From a virus: a DNA stretch of 64,000 bases. Numbering within the stretch: position 1 is the stretch's first letter; each line of letters opens with the position of its first letter. The DNA lies in the IMG/VR virus record IMGVR_UViG_3300048999_000056, positions 48,819-112,818 of that record; one strand, 5' to 3'. Positions 47,857-57,617 of the stretch are shown here, piece by piece. The translations under genes were made by a program, and so were the position numbers. A model generated the notes under the pieces. That model saw only the letters and a list, made by a program, of their open reading frames with translations. It was not told the DNA's origin and searched no databases.

Positions 47857-48912
47857 TCAGAATCGCCCCGATACCAAATAGCAGAACGGTCCGCCGCGCA
47901 ACGCGATAACGCCCCGGTCAAGGTGGTTCAACGCGATCTCGTTGCAGTCGTTGAGTGCGCGCGCCATCTTGACGGCCGGCACGCTGATCGGCGGCATGTC
48001 AGGAAAGCCTTGCAGCTCGTCGCTCAGCTCGAAATACTCGTCGCTGGCAATCGAGCCTTCGCTGAAGTCCAGGGTCACTTTGCCATCGGTCACGCCGACT
48101 GCAACGCGGGCATCGTGACGGCTTTCGGTCAACGCTGTCACACGCCGGATAAACGTGTTGATCTGATCGCGTGGTATGGCCGTGATGGCGTCAAGGTCGG
48201 CGTATTGCTGACGCAGCGAACCGATATCAACGCTCAGCGGCTTGATCTGGCGGACCGCGCAACTTGTGTGCTCGTCGTGGTAGATGACGGTATTGCTGTT
48301 GATCTCAATCAGCCCGCCATCTTCGATCACGCCCGCCAGGAGCGCGGCACCGTGCGGCGGCAACGGCACCAGCGGCGGCACGTCGTAGAACATATCGCCC
48401 AGGTCATAGGCGGATAGCGTCGTGTTGTCGGTTGAGTATGCGGTGGTGCCGTTGCGGTTATCGAGCACCACGCCATACGTGTTGGCGATAGCCTGCATCG
48501 CTTCGTCGCACGAGACGGAACCAAGATCGAGCGCCCGCGCCAGCTCGCCCGTGGTAGGCGTCGGCTCGATACCGGGGCTGAAGTCCGGCACGCTTGGCAT
48601 ATCGGGCTTAGGCAGCAAGGCAAGCCTGCCGCGGGCCTGTCCGCAGGTCCAGCTCAGCACGCCGCCCTCGCTGGACAGGACAACCGGTTTGTCGTGTGGC
48701 AATGACCGGATCGTTGCCAGGAACACGGACGCATCGGCATAGACCGTATCGGTGATGCCGATCTCGATTGCCGCGCTGATCAGCCCGAAGCTGGCGCAGG
48801 CCGTCACGTGATCGGGCGCCAGCTCGATTGCCCGGAACTCAGGCGAGTGTGCGGTTCGGCTGGCGACCAGCCGGAACGGTGCCAGTTGCTTGGCCAGATC
48901 GTCGCTGCGCAT
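47857..48912 (-). CDS. Putative sliding clamp (DnaN beta-like, divergent)
   Basis: About 350 aa acidic alpha/beta protein, YSTDNTTLS resembling DnaN ATDGHRLA; cognate clamp loader present. Confidence 0.6.
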   Translation of the reverse strand: MRSDDLAKQLAPFRLVASRTAHSPEFRAIELAPDHVTACASFGLISAAIEIGITDTVYADASVFLATIRSLPHDKPVVLSSEGGVLSWTCGQARGRLALLPKPDMPSVPDFSPGIEPTPTTGELARALDLGSVSCDEAMQAIANTYGVVLDNRNGTTAYSTDNTTLSAYDLGDMFYDVPPLVPLPPHGAALLAGVIEDGGLIEINSNTVIYHDEHTSCAVRQIKPLSVDIGSLRQQYADLDAITAIPRDQINTFIRRVTALTESRHDARVAVGVTDGKVTLDFSEGSIASDEYFELSDELQGFPDMPPISVPAVKMARALNDCNEIALNHLDRGVIALRGGPFCYLVSGRF

Positions 48913-48964
48913 CCTGTTTCTCCATGTGCCTCTCATACATGGATATACGGTAGCGCCTGCAGAG

Positions 48965-48993
48965 AAAAGCCGGGGCGTAACGACCCCGGCTTT
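48965..48993 (-). terminator. Intrinsic terminator
   Basis: AAAGCCGGGG-8nt-CCCCGGCTTT with T-run on - strand. Confidence 0.75.
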
Positions 48994-49161
48994 CCTGGTA
49001 GCTCAACGGTCACTTAAACTCGCGACCGCAGGAACAGTATATGCGCTCCAGTCGGTAGAAGAGAGAACCGGCCGGTTTACGCGTTACACGCCAGATGCGA
49101 TGGCTGCCGAACATGCCGAACAGCTGATGCCAGAACGCCAGCCACCGCGCCCGCAACATCA

Positions 49162-50172
49162 TTAGTCCTTCCAATGCCCGGCGTTCTGCACCTCCATGAT
49201 CGTGTTCTTGGTGAACGTGACGACGCCGGACACCGTTGAGTTGGTCGGATTGAAGCCTTGATCGCGGACCGCCTGCGCGACCTCTGCAACATTGGCGTCT
49301 GGATAGGCGATCACGTATTGCCTGATCGCCGACGATACCGACTGTTCCGCCTGCTGGCGAGGCTGGCGCGGCGCCCGCTCCTGGCGCTGTGCCGGCTGGC
49401 GGGTCTGGCGCTGTGCTGGGGGCGCCTGACGTGTCTCCTGACGCTGTGGCGCAGCTTGCCGCTGGGGTGGTGCCTGACGTGCCGGGGGCGCCTGACGGGC
49501 GGGTGGGGCCTGCCGCTGGTTGTTCTGCGGTGCCTGACGGGGCGGGGGCTGGCGTGTCTGCGTCGGGGGCGCTGCCTGGCGGGCGGGCGGTGCCTGACGG
49601 GTCTGTGTCCGCGCCGGGGGCGCCTGACGGTTCTGGGGCGCTGCCTGGCGAGCTGGGGCAGCCTGATTGCCGCCCTGTCCCTCGGCAGCCTTGGCGGCCC
49701 GGCGCTGTTCGTTGTATTGCCGCATGCGTTCGGACGCGGCACTGCGCGCGTTCGACTGTGCCTGCGACGGCTGGCGCACCTGTTGCTCCTCCTGCGCCTC
49801 GCCACCGTCTTCGGCGCCCTGATCCTCTGCGCCCTGTCCGTCGTCTGGATCAGCCCCGTTGGCTGCCTGCTGATCGTCGCCATAGAAACCGGGGGGCGCC
49901 TCAAGCCCGCCCTTGGGGCGCTTGCCTTCCGCCTCCTGGTGCGCGCGTGTTGCGGCACGTTCGTACCACTGTTCGGCTGCCGGCGAGAGGTTTTCCTCCA
50001 GCTCGGAAACAGCCTTCAATAGACGCTCGATAAACGCCTGATCGTCTTCATTTTCATTCGGTGGCGCGAACTCGGGATCGACGTTCGTAACGGCGTTCCA
50101 CACTTCCTCGTAGATGGTGCTGGGTGCCTGAGCCTGTTCCTGCTCGGGGTGCTGTGCGGCGGCACGAGCCAT
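49162..50172 (-). CDS. Protein with acidic N-terminus, RQAPP-repeat disordered linker and small C-terminal helical (HTH-like) domain
   Basis: Repeated RQAPP/RQAAP; C-terminal AIRQYVIAYPDA.VAEVA..V...G. Confidence 0.7.
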   Translation of the reverse strand: MARAAAQHPEQEQAQAPSTIYEEVWNAVTNVDPEFAPPNENEDDQAFIERLLKAVSELEENLSPAAEQWYERAATRAHQEAEGKRPKGGLEAPPGFYGDDQQAANGADPDDGQGAEDQGAEDGGEAQEEQQVRQPSQAQSNARSAASERMRQYNEQRRAAKAAEGQGGNQAAPARQAAPQNRQAPPARTQTRQAPPARQAAPPTQTRQPPPRQAPQNNQRQAPPARQAPPARQAPPQRQAAPQRQETRQAPPAQRQTRQPAQRQERAPRQPRQQAEQSVSSAIRQYVIAYPDANVAEVAQAVRDQGFNPTNSTVSGVVTFTKNTIMEVQNAGHWKD

Positions 50173-50280
50173 GGGGTGGTTCCTTCCTCATCGCGGAAAA
50201 ACGCCGACGACGGAATGTCGTCAGCCGTGATAAGGTTGGCATATCGTAAATCGCTTCGCAAGTCGCTACACGAAATCTGC

Positions 50281-50922
50281 TTAACCGGGTTGCATCAGTT
50301 CGTTAATTTGCCCAAGGATATCAGCGTGTTGATCAACGTAATCCCCTGACAATTCGCACAGCTCGCGCAACCGGTTATTGACCTGTTCACGGCGTCGCGC
50401 GCTCGGCTTGCGCATATCGAGGTTGGGCGGAAACACGAAGTCAAGGATGTCATTCGGAACGTGCATGATCGTGTCCAGCACGTTCGCGAGCGCTGGCGGT
50501 GCCTCCGCCAGCTTGATCAGGAACGGACCGTAGTTCCAATCGTTGTCGCTGCGCTCAACAAACGGCACGAACTCCAGCAATTCCCGTTGTTTCCTGTCGT
50601 AGACCGCCAGCGTGTGCCATGTGTTGACGACAGACTTGGAAAACAGCGACATGAACCATGCCGGATTGGTGACTGTCTTGCCGTAGCGGTCGAGGCACTT
50701 GGCGAAGACAACGCCGCATTCCTGCAACGCGTCTTCTTCGGTGGGGATGTAGTTCTGCACGCGCCAGTAGTTGAACTGCACAAACCGCTTGCACCAGTTT
50801 TCAAACGGACCCTGCCAGGCCGGCGTAAACCCCGGCATTCTCATGCGTAGCGGCGCCTGTTGATCTGGCATGGCGAGACGAATGCGATTGCTAACGCGGG
50901 TGCATACGCGGCGGCGCGGCAT
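50281..50922 (-). CDS. Sigma-70 region-2-like phage factor
   Basis: EDALQE..VVF.KCLDRY......F.SLF...V.N resembles sigma region 2; strong RBS. Confidence 0.5.
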   Translation of the reverse strand: MPRRRVCTRVSNRIRLAMPDQQAPLRMRMPGFTPAWQGPFENWCKRFVQFNYWRVQNYIPTEEDALQECGVVFAKCLDRYGKTVTNPAWFMSLFSKSVVNTWHTLAVYDRKQRELLEFVPFVERSDNDWNYGPFLIKLAEAPPALANVLDTIMHVPNDILDFVFPPNLDMRKPSARRREQVNNRLRELCELSGDYVDQHADILGQINELMQPG

Positions 50923-50939
50923 GGCAGGCTCCTCCCTTA

Positions 50940-51872
50940 TTACGACAGCGTTCCCGCAATCCATTCTGTGATCCGGGGAATCGGCATTTCCCCAGGATCA
51001 TCAAAGCCTTGAGGGACGCGGAGCCGACCTTTATATAGCGTCTTCCCCCAGAACGCAAGGCTGGCGGACAGGTGCCGATATTCGGATTGAAGCACGCCGT
51101 TGTCGAAGCACAGATAGTAGCTCGTGCATCGTTGCAGCAATTGTTTCAACTGATACAGCTTGGACTCATTGATATCGAGCCCGAGCAAGCCAACCGGCGT
51201 CACCGGCATATGCTCTGTTGCGGCCGCAACTTTCAGCACGTCAAGCGGGCCTTCAAAGACAAGCATTGTTGCGCGCATCTGGCGCGGTACATAGAGCGTA
51301 TTGTTGTCGGCCGCCTGCGTCCAGTATCGCGGTGAGAGTTCATCGATCAACGCGCGTCCGGTCCATGTCGCGATCTCGCCATCCGGCCCGATGATCGGGA
51401 TCAAGAGGCGGCCCGACCATGTGCCCGCTGGCGAGAACCGCAAATCGTATCGGCGGCAGATTGCGGCAGGGTCTGGGAAGCCGCGCCGGGCAAGATAGGC
51501 AAGGCATCGCTTGCTGTCGGCGGCAGGCTGGAAACGCTGCCAATTGACTGCCACGTCGCTCTGGCTGGCGCGCGGACGCTCGTATGCAATCGGCGCGTCA
51601 ACCGCGTAGTCATTCAACAGCCGACTGATTTCGCGGCGCGGTGTGCCGGGCAAGACGTGCTGCAGCAGGAAATCGAGGCTGCGTCCGCGATGTCGTTGAT
51701 TGCGGTGGCACAGATAGCCTGAGTTGTCTTCCCAGATCATCATGTGCTCCGATGGATCACTGTCGCCACAGAACGGACAGGCGATGTTGACCCGCCCGCG
51801 CCGGGCATTCGGACCGCGATCGGTCCAGCGGATGTTGAGCGCGTCGAACAATCCGCGCCAATCAGTCGGCAT
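50940..51872 (-). CDS. DNA primase (Zn finger + TOPRIM)
   Basis: CPFCGD, RLLIP, W.GR, VFEGPLD, LCFD, DPGEM. Confidence 0.85.
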   Translation of the reverse strand: MPTDWRGLFDALNIRWTDRGPNARRGRVNIACPFCGDSDPSEHMMIWEDNSGYLCHRNQRHRGRSLDFLLQHVLPGTPRREISRLLNDYAVDAPIAYERPRASQSDVAVNWQRFQPAADSKRCLAYLARRGFPDPAAICRRYDLRFSPAGTWSGRLLIPIIGPDGEIATWTGRALIDELSPRYWTQAADNNTLYVPRQMRATMLVFEGPLDVLKVAAATEHMPVTPVGLLGLDINESKLYQLKQLLQRCTSYYLCFDNGVLQSEYRHLSASLAFWGKTLYKGRLRVPQGFDDPGEMPIPRITEWIAGTLS

Positions 51873-51873
51873 G

Positions 51874-52281
51874 TCACGGCTCCACGTCTGGATAGCGGCG
51901 CTTGAATTCTTCGTGCATGTCGATCAACTCGCTCTCGGTCGGTATGCAAAGCGTTGCCCATGGATAGCGCTTAACGCGCATGACGGCATGCGGCCAAGGT
52001 TCCTCGCGCAGCATGAACTTGTAACCCGGCTCGCCTGTTTCGCTGTTGACCACAAGCGCGGTCAATGGCGGCAGTCCGTTCAAGAAGCACCACGCCATCA
52101 CGTAGCCGAGCGGCTTGTCCAGAATGCCCTGACCATACCGCATGCGGTTGTTGCCGAGTTCGTTGTATGTGATGACGCCATGCGGCGCCTGTCCGACCAG
52201 CGCGACGAAAATCTGAATGGCGCGTGTCACACGGCGCGAGTCTTCGCCGTAGGTCCTGATCATGGTGCTACGCGTGCTCAT
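51874..52281 (-). CDS. Hypothetical protein
   Basis: ITY.EL...L.....C...GLPPLT.LVV...TG.PG motif. Confidence 0.55.
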   Translation of the reverse strand: MSTRSTMIRTYGEDSRRVTRAIQIFVALVGQAPHGVITYNELGNNRMRYGQGILDKPLGYVMAWCFLNGLPPLTALVVNSETGEPGYKFMLREEPWPHAVMRVKRYPWATLCIPTESELIDMHEEFKRRYPDVEP

Positions 52282-52473
52282 GTGCTTCAGCCTCAAGTTG
52301 GGCGATGCGGGTGCGGTGTTCTTCGGCCCGTGCAAGGCGCCGATGATGCAGATCGTGGTTAGGCGGAAACTTTGCCGCCTGTCGCAACCAGTAGGCCATT
52401 TCTGACTTGTTCCAGGCGATAGCTCTTGGAAAGTCGGTTACTTGTTTGGCTGTATTGGCCATGGGTTGATTCC

Positions 52474-52971
52474 TCATACCGTCCAGTGTTGAAAAGGTGC
52501 ACGGATAAGCCGCCCCTCGGAATCGGTCACGCGGTATGCGTTGCCGGGGAACTCACGCTGGTACTTGCGGCAGTGCGTTACGGCTTTTTCGGATGTCTGC
52601 TCTGATCTGATGACATTCCACTTGCCTGCATCATTCATGCACTCGACGCGGTATTCCGCGATCTGGTCCCAGCCGTTGAGTATGGCGATGATCGCGTCGT
52701 ACTCTGCATCGGAAATGGGCAACTCGTTGAAATCATCCTCGTATGTGACCTGAAACATCCCCTTGAGCGCGAAAGCCTCGATTGCATCAACATCGATCTC
52801 CAGCGCTCCGTCGCTGCTACGCAGCTTGTCAGCTAGCGTGTTGACCGTATCGCGCGTAAACCCGAGTTCGCCGCTTGCCAGCGTCTCGTCATCCGGCGTG
52901 CTGACGAAGAAGCCGTTGCGCACCATTTCGGCCTGTTCGGCGGTGAAGCTAAGATGTCTGGTAGTGGTCAT
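52474..52971 (-). CDS. Hypothetical protein
   Basis: ORF with RBS and upstream promoter. Confidence 0.55.
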   Translation of the reverse strand: MTTTRHLSFTAEQAEMVRNGFFVSTPDDETLASGELGFTRDTVNTLADKLRSSDGALEIDVDAIEAFALKGMFQVTYEDDFNELPISDAEYDAIIAILNGWDQIAEYRVECMNDAGKWNVIRSEQTSEKAVTHCRKYQREFPGNAYRVTDSEGRLIRAPFQHWTV

Positions 52972-53000
52972 TGTCTGGTTTCCTCTGGCTGACAGCCCAC

Positions 53001-53029
53001 TATGTATAGGACTTGCCCAACCCTGTCAA
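53001..53029 (-). promoter_or_regulatory. Housekeeping-sigma-type promoter
   Basis: TTGACA-N13-CCTATACAT on - strand. Confidence 0.55.
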
Positions 53030-53096
53030 GCGGTTTTGGTCAACAAAAAAGGCCCGTGTTTACGAGCCTTTTCTGCCCCAGACGTGCGCCGCTCGG

Positions 53097-53657
53097 TTAT
53101 GCGGCGCGGGCCGTCAGGACGATGCCGAGCAAGCCTGCCGAGGCATAGCCGGGATAGTCGTCATCCACGGCATCTGCCAGACGGTGGACGTTGTGCAGCA
53201 TCTTCGACGTTGCGCCCTTTTCGAGATAGGGAACCATGCCGTTCCCGTCAGGCACACGGCGCTTTTTCAAGTAGCGGAACAGACAGCCGAGTGCCACGCG
53301 CGCCAGCGCCATCCGCTGCGACATGCCCAGCGGATCACGGCTGCAACCGATCACGTACTCATGCACCTGTTCCAGCGCCGCGTCGAACTGCCCGGCGCCG
53401 AACCGCCCGCGCTCGATCCCCATGCCGCGATCGTTCGTTGCCCACTGCTCGCGCGTCAGACCGTCGATCCGCCGCTCGGGGCCGAGCACGTCACAGAGCG
53501 CCGACCAGACGTAGGCGTGCGGCGTCGGCGGGCTGCTGCGGGGCGTACCACGCCTTGGCGTCTCGCTCTTGTGCGCCAGGATACCGGCGAGGTTCTGCCG
53601 GTCCTGCTCGTCCAGGCCGTCTACGATGTCGTGCAGGTAGTCCAAAGTCGCATCCAT
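53097..53657 (-). CDS. Hypothetical protein
   Basis: 186-aa ORF. Confidence 0.55.
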   Translation of the reverse strand: MDATLDYLHDIVDGLDEQDRQNLAGILAHKSETPRRGTPRSSPPTPHAYVWSALCDVLGPERRIDGLTREQWATNDRGMGIERGRFGAGQFDAALEQVHEYVIGCSRDPLGMSQRMALARVALGCLFRYLKKRRVPDGNGMVPYLEKGATSKMLHNVHRLADAVDDDYPGYASAGLLGIVLTARAA

Positions 53658-53670
53658 GACACTCTCTCGC

Positions 53671-53946
53671 TTACCGGCTGTCCCATATCGCCAGGAGGTC
53701 CGGGCGGTAGGTGAACAGATAGGAACGCAAATCGTCTTCTGTGATCCGTACGCGGCGGGCCTTGCCCAGTTTGCGGTAGATCACCGGCAACGGTGCCCTG
53801 TCGCGCGAACCGCGCCGCCAACCAAGTATCGCCAGCGGTGTCACGTCGAGCGTGCGAGCAATTTCCCGTGATGTAATCGTCGGCACGTTCGATCGCTGGT
53901 GGAGCTGCATTCGCATGGCAAAACCCTCCGGTTTTCGGCGAGGCAT
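53671..53946 (-). CDS. HTH (MerR/excisionase-like) DNA-binding protein
   Basis: TSREIARTLDVT...I..WRR...LP.......R.VRI...DL..YL. Confidence 0.65.
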   Translation of the reverse strand: MPRRKPEGFAMRMQLHQRSNVPTITSREIARTLDVTPLAILGWRRGSRDRAPLPVIYRKLGKARRVRITEDDLRSYLFTYRPDLLAIWDSR

Positions 53947-54054
53947 ATAGCGGTCAGCGGACCAAAGCGCAAGTATCGTTACGTTCTCCCCTATCCCTTA
54001 TATACCTTATCGAGCCTCCAACTACCGAAACTGCCGAACCGCTGATCGTATATC

Positions 54055-54475
54055 AGGATCAGAGGCAGGCTGCTTGCATACCGGGATGCAGACCGGTAGA
54101 GCCCTCGAACGGGATGTGGAAAAGCGCCGTGGGAACGGCGGCACATTGCAGGCAAATTCGGCAATCGGTTGGCCTCGCAAGCGAAGCGCTTGAGTTGCGT
54201 TGCTCTCGTGGCAATGCGCTGTTGCGCCGAGCACGGTGGAAAAAGAGGCAAAACCTGACCGGTCGGTTGCGATGGCCGGCAGGGACCGTCATGGCATCTC
54301 AACGGATGCGTCCAACGCTGTAGGTTCGGGCAACCGATCACGGAGCCCTCACAGAATGACCGCCCGTGAACTTCAACCTACAATCGCAGCTGTCGAAGCG
54401 ACGCTGGCTCCATACGTCAGTAATTGCAGTTGACACAATTGGACCGTTTACTCGGTCCAATTGTGTCTTCTCTCT
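54055..54475 (+). ncRNA. Candidate structured non-coding RNA
   Basis: No credible ORF; GTATAT motif at 54048; multiple hairpins; ends in 15-bp perfect hairpin (54432-54467) + pyrimidine tail. Confidence 0.4.
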
Positions 54476-54603
54476 GCTTCCACCACCGTCAGATCAACTA
54501 AATGGCAATTGAAATTGAAGTTGAAGAGACGAAGATGAAAACTTCGTAGCAGCTGAAATTGACGGATACTGAAAATTGCAGTTGAACACGGTTGGGTTCC
54601 TGA

Positions 54604-55113
54604 TTACACTGCTTGGTCTAATTCCTCCTGCAGATATCGAGCTTTTTGTTGAATGTAACTGAGTTCGTAGATGAACATTTCCAACATTGCACGTACTTTT
54701 GGCGTCAGATCATCCATGTAGGGCATGCCTTGTTGTAGCGCGTAGTTTGCGTTGATGGCTTCCGCGCTGAATTTCGACACTCGTGCTCTGACACCTGAGA
54801 GCATTCGGTTGCGCATAGGGCGCAGGATGATCGGCTTCGGTAGGTTGCTGGTTGGTAGCGGCACAATGATGTAGCGCTCGGTGCCAGGAACGAAGTCACG
54901 ACCATGAGGCACGTGCGGAATGGTGAACTCCCAACCGTTGCGCGGGTTACGGATGTAGGTAAGCGCCCAGCTGATCATGCCGGCCGTTATGATCCGTCCT
55001 TTGATGGGCGCTATGCGATTGGCGATCTCCTGGCGTGTCGTTGCGCCTCGTTCGGTGAGGCAGAAATATATCTCGACGCAGAGCTGATAAAGCAGCGTCT
55101 CGCGTTCGGTCAT
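54604..55113 (-). CDS. Hypothetical protein
   Basis: Overlaps stop of ParB-like gene. Confidence 0.55.
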   Translation of the reverse strand: MTERETLLYQLCVEIYFCLTERGATTRQEIANRIAPIKGRIITAGMISWALTYIRNPRNGWEFTIPHVPHGRDFVPGTERYIIVPLPTSNLPKPIILRPMRNRMLSGVRARVSKFSAEAINANYALQQGMPYMDDLTPKVRAMLEMFIYELSYIQQKARYLQEELDQAV

Positions 55114-56048
55114 GGCGTGTTCCCTCCGACAATCTCCAGATGCGGACGCTTGTTTGTTGCGTTGGCTTTGTCGCGCAGCGCCTGGACGATTCGAGAGCAG
55201 GTGTTCTGTAGCTCGATTGCCTGCTCCAGCAATCCTCCGATGTAATTCTGATGCATGCTGTTGACGCTTTCGAGCACGACGTTTTCCAGATGCTCGACGA
55301 TGTTCTGTGCTTCGCCTACGAGATCGCCGGCGGTCAACGCAGCTTCCATACCGGACGGTTGCCGCTGCTCAGGTTCACTGGGCGGTTTGCGCTCGGGTGC
55401 GGGCTGATCTCTGCGAACTGGGGGCGGCGGTTCTGTCCGTGCTCGGGCGATGGTCTGCTTGTGTGCTTTGTTGATACTGATCTTGCCGCTGTGCACTTGC
55501 TCGAAAAGGTCGGATGCCTGGACCTGCACGACTACCAGCTGTTCGTAGGCTTTACGACCTACGCCGAGTTCCTTGGCGATTTCATCACTGGCGCGAGGAT
55601 TTCGTTTCGAAGAAACTTGGGTCCCATTCGCCCCAAGTTTCTTCGGGCGCCCGCCTTTCTTCCGTTGTTTTGCAGCATCCTTTGCCTTCTTGGTGATGGA
55701 GTCTAAGTACTCGGTCATCTTCATGCGTGCGGTTGCGCGTTGCGCCTTGGTGTAGTCCTGACGTTCCTTCTTGGCGTTGATATGGTCTGCGATCTCGACA
55801 TCAGACATTGTCGGCAACGCGACGTAGCGGTGTTCCTGTCCGGCATCGCTGCAGGCTTGATAGCGGTGCCAGCCGTCAACAATACGTCCGTCTGCGGTCA
55901 GCTCGATCGCATCCAGCAGACCCTGCGAGCGTATGCTCTCCACCAGGGCGGTGTAAGCGGCCTTCTGCATGTTGGGCCAGCACAGGGCGGCAGGGTGACG
56001 CTGTTTCGTGTCTCCAGCCGTCCGGGCCGGCTGCTTGGTCCGTGGCAT
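55110..56048 (-). CDS. ParB/Srx N-terminal domain protein
   Basis: L.ESIR.QGLL..I......IVDGWHRY.AC; later HTH (EIAKELGVG) and GKISIN.A. Confidence 0.8.
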   Translation of the reverse strand: MPRTKQPARTAGDTKQRHPAALCWPNMQKAAYTALVESIRSQGLLDAIELTADGRIVDGWHRYQACSDAGQEHRYVALPTMSDVEIADHINAKKERQDYTKAQRATARMKMTEYLDSITKKAKDAAKQRKKGGRPKKLGANGTQVSSKRNPRASDEIAKELGVGRKAYEQLVVVQVQASDLFEQVHSGKISINKAHKQTIARARTEPPPPVRRDQPAPERKPPSEPEQRQPSGMEAALTAGDLVGEAQNIVEHLENVVLESVNSMHQNYIGGLLEQAIELQNTCSRIVQALRDKANATNKRPHLEIVGGNTP

Positions 56049-56091
56049 TTTCTTATTCTCCCTCGTATTTTCGGCACGAACTTGCCAGCTT

Positions 56092-56115
56092 GATATAGCA
56101 CTGCGCTTTTGTCAA
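56092..56115 (-). promoter_or_regulatory. Alphaproteobacterial housekeeping-type promoter for ParB-like gene
   Basis: TTGACA-N10-GCTATATC matches Caulobacter-type TTGAC..GCTANAWC. Confidence 0.5.
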
Positions 56116-56173
56116 TTCGGGTGAATCGTATATATGGATCAGAGCCACGAAAAACACGAAGGGGGCGATTGCC

Positions 56174-56488
56174 ATGAATGTGCTTGTTGACGCAGCGATT
56201 GACGAACTGACCTCTGTTGCGCTGTTCGGTTTGGAACGCCAGCCGTTGCCTTACACGTTGACTGATACGGGGCTGGTTGCCATTGCCATAGTAGACCGCT
56301 ACGGCAATCCCGATTTGGTGCTGGTGACGCTGAAGGAATTTATCGACGAGTTTCTCAATTCTGAATATATTGAAGATGACGTGTGGAACTCTGCTTGGTT
56401 CTACGATCCATTGCTCGATGACTTCTTGGCAGCAACCATGTGGTGGTGGAACGCGGACGAGGACGAAGAGCATGCCGAAATCGCATAA
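56174..56488 (+). CDS. Acidic hypothetical protein
   Basis: First gene after + strand GTATAT motif (56128). Confidence 0.5.
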   Translation: MNVLVDAAIDELTSVALFGLERQPLPYTLTDTGLVAIAIVDRYGNPDLVLVTLKEFIDEFLNSEYIEDDVWNSAWFYDPLLDDFLAATMWWWNADEDEEHAEIA

Positions 56489-57617
56489 TCATCTGTGCCG
56501 CGAGGTCGGTCTGACGTTGTGGCATAGCATGACCGGCGAGCAGGCATGGGCGATGGACGCCATCTGTGACAGCCAGGACGTGCCTGCCAATCCGATCACG
56601 TGGCTGCAGGAATGGGCGATCGAGCTGGGCGGCTATGGTCTGGCTGGGGTGGCTGTCGTGCCGTTCTGGCAGCGCCTGCCAGCCAATCCGCCCAGGTATC
56701 TGATTATCGTGACGAAGATCATAGACCAACTGCGTGCGAAGGTTGCCGAGTTGTCGAAGAAACCTCGGACCGGCCAGCGCTCGCGGCGTAGCGGTCCGAT
56801 CCCGCCCGAGTGGAAATACCATTATGCCGAAGCCGCTGAGATCGTTGGCAAGACGTGCTGGATATGCGAAGTTGATGTTGATGACGGCTGGGAGCTGATC
56901 CATATCGGACATAAGCCGTGCTACTTTTGCCTTGGGCATTTTGCCGAAATTGTCGAGCGGCAGGAGAGAACTGGCGAGACTCGTCAAGGCGCAGCAGGCG
57001 GTGTGCGTGCGGTGTTCCGATGGGCTGCCCGGCAGGCGAAGCAACGAAAGGAGGAAGGGGTGGCCGACGAGAGCAAACCACCGGAGCAATCCGGTCACTG
57101 GTTGAACGACATGCTACGTGATGTTGGCAACGAGATATACGGCAAAGGATATGCGGCGGGCCTCGTCGCTGGTAAGGCGCAGAGCGCGGATGGTACATAT
57201 CAGCAAGGCTACGACAAGGCAAAACTCGATCTGCAGCACGAGATCGATACTCAAGTAGCTGACGCGTTTGCCCGTGGTGAGGCGGCAGGCGAGGAACTAG
57301 GCTTCAAGCGTGGCTGCGAACAAGCTAAGCGCGTGCACGAAGCAACGCGTAAACGCCGCACGCGCAAACCAAAAGGCAAGCAAGACGGAGAGGAGCAGGT
57401 TTCGGAAGACGCCAGAGCCAAGGATGATCGTATTGCTGAGTTCTTGCGCGAGAAACAAGTGTGGCTGCAAGTCGGCTCGGTTGGCGCTGGCGTCGGCTTA
57501 GATAAATCAACTGCGTACAGTTCCTTGCAGCGTTTGGCGGAAAGCAAGCGGGTCTCAGTTAAACGAAGTGGCGGTGAAGTGTTTTACCACTACTACGATG
57601 GTGTATCGCCAACGTGA
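56472..57617 (+). CDS. Multidomain hypothetical protein with C-terminal winged HTH
   Basis: CxxC pairs; Y..GY..G helical repeats; I.EFLR...VG..VGL.KST....LQRL.E..RV. Confidence 0.55.
   Translation: MPKSHNHLCREVGLTLWHSMTGEQAWAMDAICDSQDVPANPITWLQEWAIELGGYGLAGVAVVPFWQRLPANPPRYLIIVTKIIDQLRAKVAELSKKPRTGQRSRRSGPIPPEWKYHYAEAAEIVGKTCWICEVDVDDGWELIHIGHKPCYFCLGHFAEIVERQERTGETRQGAAGGVRAVFRWAARQAKQRKEEGVADESKPPEQSGHWLNDMLRDVGNEIYGKGYAAGLVAGKAQSADGTYQQGYDKAKLDLQHEIDTQVADAFARGEAAGEELGFKRGCEQAKRVHEATRKRRTRKPKGKQDGEEQVSEDARAKDDRIAEFLREKQVWLQVGSVGAGVGLDKSTAYSSLQRLAESKRVSVKRSGGEVFYHYYDGVSPT

Noticed and set aside
48994-49160. GTAGCTCAACGGT resembling a tRNA D-arm
   Set aside because: No T-arm (GTTCRA) or acceptor stem; a small - strand ORF occupies the region.
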